A DNA stretch of 64,000 nucleotides, taken from assembly GCA_002633005.1 (NCBI GenBank), contig NMRA01000029.1, positions 512,956 through 576,955 on the forward strand. Reading direction: 5' to 3'. The stretch comes from Phoronis australis (lineage: Eukaryota > Animalia > Phoronida). The notes beneath the pieces were generated by a model. The model had not been told where the DNA came from. It saw only the letters and a program-made list of their open reading frames with translations, and did no database searches. This document shows, in pieces, positions 51,308 to 64,000 of this stretch (positions are counted from its first letter, which is position 1; the number at the start of each line of letters is the position of its first letter). Both the position numbers and the translations under genes were made by a program.

Positions 51308-51853
51308 CACTGATAGGCAGGTCATGTCATGCGCCAATCATGGTCTCGATAGTTCTTCCCAATTGAGAACAAATCGAGATCACTTTTATCGCTGTAATTG
51401 TGGTCTCACAGGTTCGTTTCTTTGACAGAACATGAGATTATAGTGGCTTTCGGTTGATTACAGCTGCATTTGCCTGTTTTCACTTTGACTAAAAACGAAA
51501 ATAGAATATTAATGCGGAACTTGCAGGCTAATTCTTTATCTTTGGTGATTGCTATACCAAATAAGTTAGAAACACAACGATATATAGCGACGATGTGAAT
51601 ATGAAGTACGTTGAAAATTGTCAACTGCTTTTAAGAACGGGTTTTGTGGCGAAAATGATCCGCCGCAAATCACTGAACTGTGCCCCAGTGTCGTGACGTG
51701 GTGCTGGGGAAAAGATGCGTTTTATGTGAGCCCCCGAGGTACGACATTAGTGCAAAGTTCAAACGTTTCAGTGTAAAAACTCGAATACAATCGGTCTTAT
51801 CCCCTTGGCGTGACAGGATTTTATTTGCGTTTCTAACAAAAACATCAAAACAC

Positions 51854-52022
51854 CTGGCGTGCGTTCAGTAGACGCTAGGACCTACGCTAGGACCTAGGCT
51901 AGGACCTAGCTAAAACCTAGTCAAAGGCATGTGCTCTCATTTAAAATGCACGGCAATATCTCACGTAATCTCGCGAAGTGCTGCTTTTTAGCGAGGTCCT
52001 AGCGTTAATGAACGGGAGCCAG
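51854..52022. mobile_element. Harbinger-like MITE with internal ctaggac repeats
   Basis: ctggcgtgcgttcagtagacgctaggacc is an inverted match to ggtcctagcgttaatgaacgggagccag. Confidence 0.6.
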
Positions 52023-52134
52023 ACTGCCGTGTTTATTGCAGTGGGCCAACACTAAAATTGCGGCGCACGTAGGCATTGCTTGTCGGTAACTTGAGTTGCC
52101 GACTTATTCGTCGGACAATATTAATTCAAGATAG

Positions 52135-52817
52135 GAAAAGCGTCGTAATGCTAAGAATTCAAAATTTACGACTAAACAATGGCGAGAGGCTTTGACAGAA
52201 TTTGATTGGTGGAATCCAACAAAATGGTGAGTAATGCCATAGAAACCAAAGCCTAAATCAATGACAATATCAACCTCCTCTTCAAGATGTAAAGTTTGAT
52301 TGACAAAAATGCAAATGCATAGCAGACTGTACTTCACAAAATGTTTGAAATTAAATTTGTTGAAACTCCTCAATTCCATGCTCGAAAGGAGAAACTACCG
52401 AAATAGCATTTTACATGAAGAACTGCTGACGGTGAGGATTCATACGAGTACGGCATGTGCCCTACAGGTTACAGAGTCTGACGCAAATACATACATGTAT
52501 ACTGGCTGTTATCTGTTCCCACTGTGAAAAAGTATCTGAACAAAGACATGGGGCAAAAAGATTTCAGCAACAAGTCATAACGTACGGGGCTTGGAATGAC
52601 CAACATCAAAAAAAGGTAAATTTTCCAGGTGATGTATCGTTGCACAAATAAATAGGCTTGTGTGATAGTAATATTTCTGTGTTTTAAAATTGAACTGAAA
52701 TCAACGTTTTTGCAAGAATGAATTCAAAATAATGATAAAATGAGAGAGAAATTGAGGAGACTGGAAATGAAATAAGAAGAAATCAACCAAAAAGTGGAAA
52801 TCCTCTTAAAAGAACGT
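52135..52817 (+). pseudogene. Possible decayed spliced gene fragment
   Basis: Exon-like blocks with GTGAG/GTAAA donors. The first two join in frame (EKRRNAKNSKFTTKQWREALTEFDWWNPTK|WRNYRNSILHEELLT). A later coiled-coil-like block has an in-frame TAA. Confidence 0.3.
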
Positions 52818-53296
52818 AATTATATTTATTAGCCACCTCTTACAATTCTTCTTGAAAATGAAACATGACCAGTATCGAAATACATGTACAGTCTTAGTAT
52901 CATGGGAACGTTTCTTGGTGATCAACTCTATTCTTGCTCTTCAGAGATCTCCTGAATGTATCAGGGGTTCGTGTGAGCCTCTATAACAGTAATAAAAAGA
53001 CCTCACTGTCTGTATTCAACAAACTTCGAATTAAAATATGCCACATTTTTCAGGAAAATCAATTGGTTATAATCTCACTAAAACAAAGGTTTTATTAAAA
53101 CAAGAAAGCAAAATTTGTTATACATAATTTATTGGACACAAGCCTGTGATTAGAAACACATGGAACATTCTAATTCTTAGAACACATAAACAATTACAGA
53201 CCAAACATGACACTTTGAAGTGTTTCAAACTTACAGACAAGGAAAGGTATGCCTCATGACATCACAGGGGCACAGTGGAGTCATAACCTCCTTACA

Positions 53297-53381
53297 CATT
53301 GCCAAAAGGCCAACCCCTGGTCTCATTGCAAAAAGGCCAACCCCTGGTCTCATTGCAAAAAGGCCAACCCCTGGTCTCATT
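53297..53381. repeat. 27-bp tandem repeat running into an assembly gap (N 53382-53717)
   Basis: gcaaaaaggccaacccctggtctcatt x3. Confidence 0.9.
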
Positions 53382-54598
53382 NNNNNNNNNNNNNNNNNNN
53401 NNNNNNNNNNNNNNNNNNNNNNNNNNNNNNNNNNNNNNNNNNNNNNNNNNNNNNNNNNNNNNNNNNNNNNNNNNNNNNNNNNNNNNNNNNNNNNNNNNNN
53501 NNNNNNNNNNNNNNNNNNNNNNNNNNNNNNNNNNNNNNNNNNNNNNNNNNNNNNNNNNNNNNNNNNNNNNNNNNNNNNNNNNNNNNNNNNNNNNNNNNNN
53601 NNNNNNNNNNNNNNNNNNNNNNNNNNNNNNNNNNNNNNNNNNNNNNNNNNNNNNNNNNNNNNNNNNNNNNNNNNNNNNNNNNNNNNNNNNNNNNNNNNNN
53701 NNNNNNNNNNNNNNNNNCCCCCCCCCCCCCACCTCTGGCTATGCCAGAGCCAACAGCATGTCACAAATGGTTATGAGTAAAATACATTTTGGATGACTTG
53801 AATTCAAGCAGTGTTCACTTACACTAGACACATGTAATTGACACTAAGTGATCTGCTTAAAATAATACAGTGCGACATTTTTCATATCACCAAACAACAC
53901 CAGGATTATTAAATTCGTAGTATTTCAATACGAGCAAGTGTTCCCCCATTTTACACACTTACATAACGGATTGTATGGAGTTCACTGATCACATCTGAGA
54001 CTATATTCGCTGCCGTGGACTTTAGGGATTTAGAATGTTCTTAAAGCATGACCAAAGAACACATTCTGAAATTCAGTGAATTGTCCATGAAACACTCCAC
54101 ACGCGCAACATTTAAGTTGCAAATAAAAGTCCAAAACAGTTCCACTGAAATTACTAACAACTCACAATGCATGTCAAAAAAACAAGACACTTCTATTCTG
54201 ATTTCTATTCACTGACCTCTTTGTTAAACATTCACAAAATGTCTCTTTTTCCTTAAATAGTAGTCAACACAATCCATATAACCACACAACTGTCACTGAA
54301 AAATGTTTACGCTATTCTCCACAGGCTATCGCCAACATTTTTGAAACAAGTTTTTAAAACACCAAAATTTTTTTTAACCTGTTTTTAAAACAATTTTGAG
54401 TCAATATTCTTTGTATTTTTCAAAAAAATTTTGCCTCAGATAATTAACACAAATTCCTACCTATACCTTTCGATTCACAGAACTGAAGCTTTGTCACTTT
54501 CTTAAAGCTAAGGTATAGCAAGGGAGAATGCCATTCTTTCAGGAAAAAGATTTCCAGATACTGTCTGTGTAGGACTTCCCAAACAAGCGTACTAAATT

Positions 54599-56327
54599 CT
54601 AACCAAATCTGAATGGTTTTCTGTTAGCGTATCTCAGTTCAGGTGGATCGGGTACAGCATCAATGCCATCTGGTGGCAGCTCTAATCCAGGGGCTTCTAC
54701 AGGATAAGACTCGTCCTTAGCCGCAGGCTTAGGTCGCTTTGAGTCGTAAATCTTCACCTTGGCGAAATATCCAGGTTCACGATTTTTCTGGCCCAATGAC
54801 TCAAAAACGCACTGGTCATAAGCTGCTTGTTGTCGTTTACACCTGAAACAATGACACCAAAGTTGTCAACAAAAACTGACATCTTGACAACCATTAATCC
54901 ATAAGAGATTGTTTTAGGACTAAAAATAACTGGCCACAGCTTGCCAGTGTTCTCCACAATATAATATTCAATCACAATAAGAATCACAAAATTCGAGCAC
55001 ATGTTCGAAAGTCCAAATTCAATCTGTGGAGAGTGTTTTGATGTGATAACCTCATTTCTAAACTTGAGTCTGTTTGCACCAACCTCTTGCATATTTACAT
55101 TGCCACGATGTTTCAGTCCGTCATTTCTCCCGCCACCTTCAGGTGTTACAACATTCTTGGAAGAACGAGCACAGGTGTATGGCACACTCGCTGTGGTCAA
55201 TGACGAGCACTGTTTTATTTTAATTTTTCTTGAGAAAAATACCACCCAAGGATGGCTGGGGAAATAACCAACAGAAACATCATGCCAATGCAAATAGACT
55301 ACAGGTTGGTGTGAATAGACTACAGGTTGGTGTGAATAGACTAATAGTGTAATAGATTGCAGAAACCATGTTGGTTGCTGGAGCATCACCGGATTTACAA
55401 TCCAAAATAAGTTTACTTGAATGCATGAGCATCTACGGAGACGTGGCAATTACCTGCACAACAAAATGGCCATAAACCTAAAATATTACACGATGTTTGG
55501 TATAATCTTTGATTTTTCGCAAATTTTCCAGTATGAACGTGTATATCCTTGCATACACGTTAGCTGCACTCACGGCTTGTCATAGATATGTGGCCACAAC
55601 ATGACATTAACAGAAAAGCATGTGATAATGAAAATTCTTTTTAGACATGTATCACCACTGATGACCCACTGTGCACATACGTCTCGACTGATGCCCCATG
55701 AAACGGTCCTAAATAGGGACTCAAGTAAGTTCCCTAGACCTACGGCATTCTTGTGGGCTTGTGAAAACACCGATTTGCCCTTTCTTACGGTGTTTGAATA
55801 TTATTAATAAGCCAATTTTTTTCTTAAATACAAATCGAGTGTGAACCCTACATTGAATTCTCAATATCATTGAAAACATGGGTGTCGAATTAAAGGCTCA
55901 GTTTTCAGTTGATAATTATTAGGAAATGTCTCAGACAAAGACCTCATAATAAGGATAAAATGATAGAACAAAAAACTACATCTATGAGTAAAGAACAAAA
56001 CAAATAAAAATTTAGAGAACTTAGTTGAATCCCTATTCCATGCAACCAGGCACTGGAGCCTATTCAGACACCCCCAAGACTGCACATCACTGAGAAATTT
56101 GGGGGGTACAGCAGGCTTGGTAGCGATACGAAGGGAGACTACACTCACCTCCAGTACTGCATATCATTGCCTGACCGGTCCACGCACTGCCAGTATTTGG
56201 TGAAGTCTTCATAACAGTGCTTTTTTAACTTCTGGAAGAACTGAAGGCCACACCTGGTCACTTCTTTACCTTCGTTCAAACATATCCTGTGGTCGAAGCC
56301 ATTCTCTCGCAGGCACAGCATGAATTC
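54599..56327 (-). CDS. NDUFA8: NADH dehydrogenase (ubiquinone) 1 alpha subcomplex subunit 8, last two coding exons (56149-56327, 54599-54842); 5' exon(s) lie beyond the window
   Basis: EFMLCLRENGFDHRICLNEGKEVTRCGLQFFQKLKKHCYEDFTKYWQCVD..YWR|CKRQQAAYDQCVFESLG..PGYFAKVKIYDSKRPKP. CX9C-type cysteine pattern and motifs typical of NDUFA8, GT-AG, in frame. Confidence 0.93.
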
Positions 56328-58536
56328 CTGCAATAGAAATCAAGAGCTAGAACATGCAACAAACCTGCCTTCAGTCTGTTAGCGTTTGAATAAGTGACAC
56401 TTTCCATTACACAACTGGTCTCTAAAGGCTACTTGTTCCTTACTGATATTAGAAGGAGTTCTGGGCTCGGAGAGTACTGACAGTTCATTAATACTTTAAC
56501 CAGGGCTTCATAGGTTGGCCACTTTTCACTCCCCCCCCCTTTTGTTGTCACCCATCATCATGATATAACCCCCCGTTGAGCCTTTAATTACACCATCACA
56601 GCCAGTTTGTAGGACTTCCCAAAATGAACAGTGTCAATAACTGTCAAACAAAAACCAATAGCTGTCTCGCGGTGATAAAAATCACGTTCTTTGACTGAAA
56701 ATTCACAACAGATATTTCTTGCGAGGTCTCGCTTTTATAACGAGATACTGACATTATTACAACTCAACCCAGACTACATGAGAAACAGAACATATACATG
56801 AACCGATTATCCTATACTTCTAATCTGTAATTCCCTGTCATGCTGGCTGAGCTGAGGCCGAATTCATCATCAGAGAAGTCTTCCCTCATAACTGTGAATG
56901 ACAGGGAATTGACAGGAAAGTAAGTGATGTGGCTAAGCCATTCTGTTTGTCACCCTAATAGTTATTACCAGACATTTTTTGCTGTTAACAGAACTAGCCG
57001 TCATGATGGGAAAACGGCATTTTGTCCAGGATAACTTCTGACTTGTGCTGTACTCCCAGGATTTTATTTGGGGGACTAAAAGGTAAAAACTTGGCCATAT
57101 CTAAGGTGTTCAGTGCTCACATAAAGAAACTCCCCAACTACATGTTTTATTGAGCTTTAAAATTGGCTTTCATGGTTAGTGTGTGTCTTAATATGTAAAC
57201 AAAGGATTGTGGGAACTCAATCAACCAATTTGAGGCAACTCAGTGACCTAGTGACAATTGAGCTATGTCATCGAATTCCTTGTGTGCGCAAGATATAAGA
57301 ATGACAAGAAACAAGAGATGAACTGATCAACTAGATAGTACATAGACAGCGATTACAGGAGTTAAGTTTAATCTCTCTTGTAAGTTTATCCAGCAAATGA
57401 TTCACCTATGTCACTCTTGGACTGACCTATTCATATGGATCCACAAATATCTATGCTTTCAGAAGCACACACATCAATTTTTGCTTTCTGCAAAAATGCT
57501 AATTGGTTTTTCAAACAATGCCAAATAAGTTCCTGGTGGCTCTAAATTTGTCATACTGGTAAAATATAGAGGTCAACTATTACGTCAACCACTTTCCTCG
57601 ACCGAATAATGGGCAGGAAAGTGGTTCTCAAATATTGTGACCAGTTCATATTGCCACAGCCATCTTCCTTCCTCATCAAGTTCGGGACCAATCTAAACGA
57701 CCAATTGCTGCTTTTACCAGGTAAAAGATCACCTGAAAATGAAGGGCATTGTTCAATCTACCCAAATACTTTTTTCAGGTGCTTGTACTTTGATCGAAGG
57801 ACATGCTTCCAAATGAGTTTTCACCTCGTACAAAATACATTCTACACTCAAAACTATCACTTAAAAATGAGCTTACTTTCTTCAGTGATCCTTTCTGCTT
57901 CTACACATATCTTCGATGAAGCATATCTACTAGAATTAAGGTGACTTTGGAGACGAATTCCAACTCCACTTTTTGGTCACCGCACATGCGATAACCTCAA
58001 AATATTTCAACTGAGTCACTAGAGTTAGACAAAGGCTAGCGCGAGACTGAGCGAAGCGCGTGACCTGACACGTGACACTTGCAAAATAGCATGGGAAGAA
58101 AATATCAGGTGGAATTTGTGAGTTTTGTGTCCCTTGGACTTTGTGTTCATTACCAGGCGTGATTTCTCGTAACTTCTTCAAAATCGAACCCGTTGAGAGA
58201 AACTCAAGCAAACCTCAACAAAATATTCACAGATTACTGTTCAAGTAATGTTGACTAATTGTATTCAGAGTCATGGTATGTGTTAATTATAACTCCATGT
58301 GCATTTATGCATGTTTCATTCGATTTTATTTGCTGTATTTTGAAATGCGTAATTTTTTATGGGGATGTACTATTGCCCCTGTATGCCTGCAACATCCAGG
58401 GTGGTGTAATTACCTATCATGAATCAAGTTAGGCAACACGTAGCCCCTCGGTTGGCCAGTTAGGGGCTACTATACTTCCCATCGCTTTCTCTACGCATTT
58501 CGTTCCATATATTATAAATAAGCAGTGGGCCAAATC

Positions 58537-59347
58537 TAGGCAATGACCATCACCTCTGTTGGCCCGAACCAGAGGCGATGCAGAGGCTATAGGCGATCTG
58601 TACGCCGGAAGCTTTTCGGCAAATTATGCCTCGCACCGGCTAAACCATCAAAGTCACGTTGTTATAAATACCTTTTGCGCATAGAGGAACACCTGAGGAG
58701 GTTGTCGATTTGTTTAATTCCTTCCAACTCGAACAAATACTCCCATTATCAAACTTTTTCTTCGAGCAGTCCCTATTTCAGTTCCCAAAATCGTGAACTC
58801 ACAATTTTTATACTGCACATGCTCGCTAGGTGATGTGAATTCATGACCTCAATCTTTAAATAGGCCAAAGGTGAGTCATTGCGGTCTTTTCAGTCAAATG
58901 TCCGTTTCCAAAATGCCACCACTTATACTTGTCTTTAATTGGCGTTACTTGAAACTGATTGTATTTCAATGAATCATTGTTTGTATTTGCTAAAAATAAA
59001 TGCTGTTGATATGACATTTAATAGTTTTTGTGCAAATATTTGACATTTTAATGTTTAACAACACGGCAAATGCACGGCTGGTTCCCGGCAGCACGTACGA
59101 GAAGGGCGGGAACTTCAGCTTTCAAAGTTCGCCGGTAGGTCCGCAACTTCTGACCTTCGGCCTGGTTAAAAAAATTAAAAAGTTGATTTCACGATTTTGG
59201 GAACTGAAATAGGGACTGCTCGAAGAAAAAGTTTCATAACGGGAGTATTTGTTCGAGTTGGAAGGAATTAAACACATCGACAACCTCCTCAGGTGTTCCT
59301 CTATGCGCAAAAGGTATTTATAACAACGTGACTTTGATGGTTTAGTC
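58537..59347. mobile_element. MULE-like element, first copy, truncated by the gap and lacking the solo LTR
   Basis: Same sequence as 62721 onward. The empty site ggtatttataac is at about 59313-59324. Confidence 0.8.
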
Positions 59348-60335
59348 NNNNNNNNNNNNNNNNNNNNNNNNNNNNNNNNNNNNNNNNNNNNNNNNNNNNN
59401 NNNNNNNNNNNNNNNNNNNNNNNNNNNNNNNNNNNNNNNNNNNNNNNNNNNNNNNNNNNNNNNNNNNNNNNNNNNNNNNNNNNNNNNNNNNNNNNNNNNN
59501 NNNNNNNNNNNNNNNNNNNNNNNNNNNNNNNNNNNNNNNNNNNNNNNNNNNNNNNNNNNNNNNNNNNNNNNNNNNNNNNNNNNNNNNNNNNNNNNNNNNN
59601 NNNNNNNNNNNNNNNNNNNNNNNNNNNNNNNNNNNNNNNNNNNNNNNNNNNNNNNNNNNNNNNNNNNNNNNNNNNNNNNNNNNNNNNNNNNNNNNNNNNN
59701 NNNNNNNNNNNNNNNNNNNNNNNNNNNNNNNNNNNNNNNNNNNNNNNNNNNNNNNNNNNNNNNNNNNNNNNNNNNNNNNNNNNNNNNNNNNNNNNNNNNN
59801 NNNNNNNNNNNNNNNNNNNNNNNNNNNNNNNNNNNNNNNNNNNNNNNNNNNNNNNNNNNNNNNNNNNNNNNNNNNNNNNNNNNNNNNNNNNNNNNNNNNN
59901 NNNNNNNNNNNNNNNNNNNNNNNNNNNNNNNNNNNNNNNNNNNNNNNNNNNNNNNNNNNNNNNNNNNNNNNNNNNNNNNNNNNNNNNNNNNNNNNNNNNN
60001 NNNNNNNNNNNNNNNNNNNNNNNNNNNNNNNNNNNNNNNNNNNNNNNNNNNNNNNNNNNNNNNNNNNNNNNNNNNNNNNNNNNNNNNNNNNNNNNNNNNN
60101 NNNNNNNNNNNNNNNNNNNNNNNNNNNNNNNNNNNNNNNNNNNNNNNNNNNNNNNNNNNNNNNTACATCTATGAGTAAAGAACAAAACAAATAAAAATTT
60201 AGAGAACTTAGTTGAGTCCCTATTCCATGCAACCAGGCACTGGAGCCTATTCAGACACCCCCAAGACTGCACATCACTGAGAAATTTGGGGGGTACAGCA
60301 GGCTTGGTAGCGATACGAAGGGAGACTACACTCAC

Positions 60336-60514
60336 CTCCAGTACTGCATATCATTGCCTGACCGGTCCACGCACTGCCAGTATTTGGTGAAGTCTTCATA
60401 ACAGTGCTTTTTTAACTTCTGGAAGAACTGAAGGCCACACCTGGTCACCTCTTTACCTTCGTTCAAACATATCCTGTGGTCGAAGCCGTTCTCTCGCAGG
60501 CACAGCATGAATTC
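60336..60514 (-). CDS. NDUFA8: Second copy of the NDUFA8 internal exon (allelic or duplicate)
   Basis: Same peptide as 56149-56327 with two synonymous changes (GAA/GAG, AAT/AAC) and intact splice sites. Confidence 0.8.
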
Positions 60515-62720
60515 CTGCAATAGAAATCAAGAGCTAGAACATGCAACAAACCCCGCCTTCAGTCTGTTAGCGTTTGAATAAGTGACACTTTCCATTACAC
60601 CACTGGTCTCTAAAGACTACTTTTTCCTTACTGATATTAGAAGGAGTTCTGGGCTCGGAGAGTACTGACAGTTCATTAATAATTTAACCAAGGCTTCATA
60701 GGTTGGCCACTTTTCACCCCCCCCCCCTTTTGTCGTCACCCATCATCATGATATAACCCCCGTTGAGCCTTTAATTACACAGTCACAGCCAGTTTGTAGG
60801 ACTTCCCAAAATGAACAGTGTCAATAACTGTCAAACAAAAACCAATAGCTGTCTCGCGGTGATAAAAATTACGTTCTTTCATTGAAAATTCACAACAGAT
60901 ATTTCTTACGAGGTCTCGCTTTTATAACGAGATACTGCTGGCATTATTACAACTCGACAAAGACTACATGAGAAACAGAACATATACATGAACCAATTAT
61001 CCTATATTTCTAATCTGTAATTCCCTGTCATGCTTGCTGAGCTGAGGCCAAATTCATCATCAGAGAAGTCTTCCCTCATAACTGTGAATGACAGGGAATT
61101 GACAGGAAAGTAAGTGATGTGGCTAAGCCATTCTGTTAGTCACCCTGATAGTTATTTTTTGCTGTTAACAGAACTAGCCGTCATGATGGGAAAACGGCAT
61201 TTTGTCCAGGATAACTTCTGACTTGTGCTGTACTCCCACGATTTTATTTGGGGGACTAAAAGGTAAAAACTTAGCCATATCTAAGGTGTTCAGTGCTCAC
61301 ATAAAGAAATTCCCCAACTACATGACTGTTTTATTGAGCTTTAAAATTGGCTTTCATGGTTAGGGTGTGTCTTAATATGTAAACAAAGGATTGTGGGAAC
61401 TCAATCAACCAATTTGAGGCAACTCAGTGACCTAGTGACAATTGAGCTATGTCATCGAATTCCTTGTGTGCGCAAGATATAAGAATGACAAGAAACAAGA
61501 GATGAACTGATCAACTAGATAGTACATAGACAGCGATGACAGGAGTTAAGTTTAATCTCTCTTGTAAGTTTATCCAGCAAATGATTCACCTATGTCACTC
61601 TTGGACTGACCTATTCATATGGATCCACAAATATCTATGCTTTCAGAAGCACACACATCAATTTTTGCTTTCTGCAAAAATGCTAATTGGTTTTTCAAAC
61701 AATGCCAAATAAGTTCCTGGTGGCTCTAAATTTGTCATACTGGTAAAATATAGAGGTCAACTATTACGTCAACCACTTTCCTCGACCGAATAATGGGCAG
61801 GAAAGTGGTTCTCAAATATTGTGACCAGTTCATATTGCCACAGCCATCTTCCTTCCTCATCAAGTTCGGGACCAATCTAAACGACCAATTGCTGCTTTTA
61901 CCAGGTAAAAGATCACCTGAAAATGAAGGGCATTGTTCAATCTACCCAAATACTTTTTTCAGGTGCTTGTACTTTGATCGAAGGACATGCTTCCAAATGA
62001 GTTTTCACCTCGTACAAAATACATTCTACACTCAAAACTATCACTTAAAAATGAGCTTACTTTCTTCAGTGATCCTTTCTGCTTCTACACATATCTTCGA
62101 TGAAGCATATCTACTAGAATTAAGGTGACTTTGGAGACGAATTCCAACTCCACTTTTTGGTCACCGCACATGCGATAACCTCAAAATATTTCAACTGAGT
62201 CACTAGAGTTAGACAAAGGCTAGCGCGAGACTGAGCGAAGCGCGTGACCTGACACGTGACACTTGCAAAATAGCATGGGAAGAAAATATCAGGTGGAATT
62301 TGTGAGTTTTGTGTCCCTTGGACTTTGTGTTCATTACCAGGCGTGATTTCTCGTAACTTCTTCAAAATCGAACCCGTTGAGAGAAACTCAAGCAAACCTC
62401 AACAAAATATTCACAGATTACTGTTCAAGTAATGTTGACTAATTGTATTCAGAGTCATGGTATGTGTTAATTATAACTCCATGTGCATTTATGCATGTTT
62501 CATTCGATTTTATTTGCTGTATTTTGAAATGCGTAATTTTTTATGGGGATGTACTATTGCCCCTGTATGCCTGCAACATCCAGGGTGGTGTAATTACCTA
62601 TCATGAATCAAGTTAGGCAACACGTAGCCCCTCGGTTGGCCAGTTAGGGGCTACTATACTTCCCATCGCTTTCTCTACGCATTTCGTTCCATATATTATA
62701 AATAAGCAGTGGGCCAAATC

Positions 62721-63884
62721 TAGGCAATGACCATCACCTCTGTTGGCCCGAACCAGAGGCGATGCAGAGGCTATAGGCGATCTGTACGCCGGAAGCTTTT
62801 CGGCAAATTATGCCTCGCACCGGCTAAACCATCAAAGTCACGTTGTTATAAATACCTTTTGCGCATAGAGGAACACCTGAGGAGGTTGTCGATTTGTTTA
62901 ATTCCTTCCAACTCGAACAAATACTCCCATTATCAAACTTTTTCTTCGAGCAGTCCCTATTTCAGTTCCCAAAATCGTGAACTCACAATTTTTATACTGC
63001 ACATGCTCGCTAGGTGATGTGAATTCATGACCTCAATCTTTAAATAGGCCAAAGGTGAGTCATTGCGGTCTTTTCAGTCAAATGTCCGTTTCCAAAATGC
63101 CACCACTTATACTTGTCTTTAATTGGCGTTACTTGAAACTGATTGTATTTCAATGAATCATTGTTTGTATTTGCTAAAAATAAATGCTGTTGATATGACA
63201 TTTAATAGTTTTTGTGCAAATATTTGACATTTTAATGTTTAACAACACGGCAAATGCACGGCTGGTTCCCGGCAGCACGTACGAGAAGGGCGGGAACTTC
63301 AGCTTTCAAAGTTCGCCGGTAGGTCCGCAACTTCTGACCTTCGGCCTGGTTAAAAAAATTAAAAAGTTGATTTCACGATTTTGGGAACTGAAATAGGGAC
63401 TGCTCGAAGAAAAAGTTTCATAACGGGAGTATTTGTTCGAGTTGGAAGGAATTAAACACATCCATAACCTCCTAAGGTGTTCCTCTATGCGCAAAAGGTA
63501 TTTATGTTGTATTACTGCAGGTTCACTAGCTAGGCCTCTAGAAGTACTCACCAGTTAAAACACAGCTATTCAAGCTTCAGGTAAAACCCAATCCAGGTGC
63601 CCATCCCTGACATCCTGATTGCTTGCTGAAAGACTGCCAGCAGGATTCCCGCCAGCAGTTTAAGTAAAACAAGCATCCGGGGAACCATAAAACTGACAAA
63701 TCACAAGACACCACAGAAAGATAAAGGACGAATGATGTTGACGATTACAACATTTATAACAACGTGACTTTGATGGTTTATTCGGTGCGAGGCATAATTC
63801 ACCGAAAAGCTTCCGGCGTACAGAGCGCTTATAGCCTCTGCATCGCCTCTGGTTCGGGCCAACAGAGGCGATGGTCATTGCCTA
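62721..63884. mobile_element. Mutator (MULE)-like non-autonomous element with ~260-bp TIRs and 9-bp TSD GGCCAAATC
   Basis: ggccaaatc|taggcaatgaccatc ... gatggtcattgccta|ggccaaatc, with TSDs at 62712-20 and 63885-93. Confidence 0.85.
63505..63752. mobile_element. 248-bp solo-LTR-like insertion (TG...CA, 4-bp TSD TTTA)
   Basis: ttta|tgttgttatt ... gattacaaca|ttta with short inverted termini. It interrupts the right TIR of the MULE-like element and is absent in the other copy. Confidence 0.8.
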
Positions 63885-64000
63885 GGCCAAATCAAGCCAT
63901 CGATTTTGAGTTTTTACCTCGTCAAAAATACATTCCACACTTAATTTCTTAAAACCACCACTGTACATATCTTCCATGAAAACTGAGTGATGCGCGTGAC

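Larger units (their letters stand above)
55977..63780. other. ~3.4-kb duplicated segment (55977-59347 vs 60164-~63780) on either side of an N-gap, probably uncollapsed haplotypes
   Basis: Collinear copies separated by N 59348-60163. SNPs and indels cluster in the first ~1.4 kb, and the next ~1.9 kb is near identical. Confidence 0.8.

Noticed and set aside
53220-53796. Long ORFs in the ORF track, also at 59122-60335
   Set aside because: Artefacts of reading through N-gaps and a tandem repeat.
54754-55449. 231-aa minus-strand ORF
   Set aside because: It lies in the NDUFA8 intron and overlaps the last exon out of frame. It has a non-ATG start and no protein-like features.

Overview
AT-rich, intron-rich animal genomic DNA. 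It looks like a marine invertebrate, but the taxon cannot be fixed from this window. The draft assembly has N-gaps and two apparent haplotype duplications. Three spliced minus-strand genes can be built by hand with GT-AG introns. (1) An 11-exon secreted protease of about 539 aa with the order signal peptide-CUB-P/T linker-CUB-6Cys clip/defensin-like module-chymotrypsin-like S1 domain (13186-22014). (2) TRAF3IP1/IFT54, 15 exons, about 585 aa (29193-47688), with RFX X-box motifs. (3) The 3' exons of NDUFA8 (54599-56327), whose middle exon appears twice, probably through uncollapsed haplotypes. There are also two candidate orphan genes (a 97-aa tail-anchored protein and a 139-aa S/R-rich ORF) and a decayed spliced fragment near 52.1-52.8 kb. 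Transposons are abundant: a Kolobok-type THAP foldback derivative with TTAA TSD, hAT5-like MITEs with 5-bp TSDs (two carry a tRNA-like Pol III promoter), a 9-bp-TSD MULE-like element with a polymorphic solo LTR, and a Helentron/HINE-like satellite with CTCF-like motifs about every 150 bp. No CRISPR array, rRNA or intact tRNA was seen. All calls are by eye, with no database searches.
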